This document shows, piece after piece, positions 63,954-64,000 of a DNA stretch of 64,000 nucleotides. Position numbers and translations under genes: made by a program. The stretch is from Deltaproteobacteria bacterium (GTDB lineage: Bacteria > Bdellovibrionota > JAJCYS01): positions 13,156-77,155 of the forward strand of contig JAJCYS010000042.1 of NCBI GenBank assembly GCA_029262815.1, given 5' to 3'. Every line of letters starts with the position of its first letter. Within the stretch, counting starts at the first letter, position 1. Below the pieces are notes generated by a model. That model ran no database searches, was not told the origin of the DNA, and saw nothing but the letters and a program-made list of their open reading frames with translations.

Positions 63954-64000
63954 TAGTCAACTCTCACCCAGACCACGGAGTCTCAGATTAGCTTTGCTGT

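Overview
This 64-kb window is an AT-rich chromosomal segment from a Gram-negative-type bacterium, judged from LptE-like and lipobox proteins and YidC/YidD. It spans the replication-origin region. Gene orientation flips at about 30.3 kb: nearly everything to the left is on the minus strand and everything from rpmH to atpC is on the plus strand.

The core is a classic origin neighbourhood:
- gyrA, fabH, gyrB, dnaN and dnaA on the minus strand, divergent from rpmH-rnpA-yidD-yidC-jag-mnmE.
- mnmG, parA and parB, then a bactofilin gene and atpF'-atpF-atpH-atpA-atpG-atpD-atpC.
- Two perfect parS palindromes (TGTTCCACGTGGAACA) plus one near-perfect copy around mnmG.
- The other half of the F-ATPase (atpZ-like, atpI, atpB, atpE) lies about 20 kb away on the other side of the origin.

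The left third (1.5 to 11.3 kb) is a nucleoside catabolism and salvage island. It holds rpiB, an MtaD-like deaminase, a PNP/MTAP-family phosphorylase, nupC, thymidine phosphorylase and an extended uracil phosphoribosyltransferase, next to RNase G and an atypical PAS/HisKA protein.

Immediately after the island sit a second full-length DnaA paralogue (Walker A, Walker B, box VII and a canonical domain IV) and a secreted RCC1-repeat beta-propeller protein.

The right part contains:
- a probable cell-wall recycling unit (AmgK-like kinase, two Opp/Dpp-type permeases, NagZ, and a secreted Ntn-hydrolase of the C45 type);
- a 787-aa beta-propeller lipoprotein;
- a divIVA-yggS-maf cluster, cdnL, gltX, cysS and tadA.

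No rRNA, tRNA, CRISPR array, transposase or integrase was recognised. Lineage cannot be fixed from sequence alone. The gene content (DivIVA, bactofilin after parAB, CdnL, AmgK/NagZ, nucleoside scavenging, many secreted beta-propellers) would fit a Bdellovibrio-like predatory lineage. The duplicated dnaA is reminiscent of Chlamydiae. Both ideas are inference.
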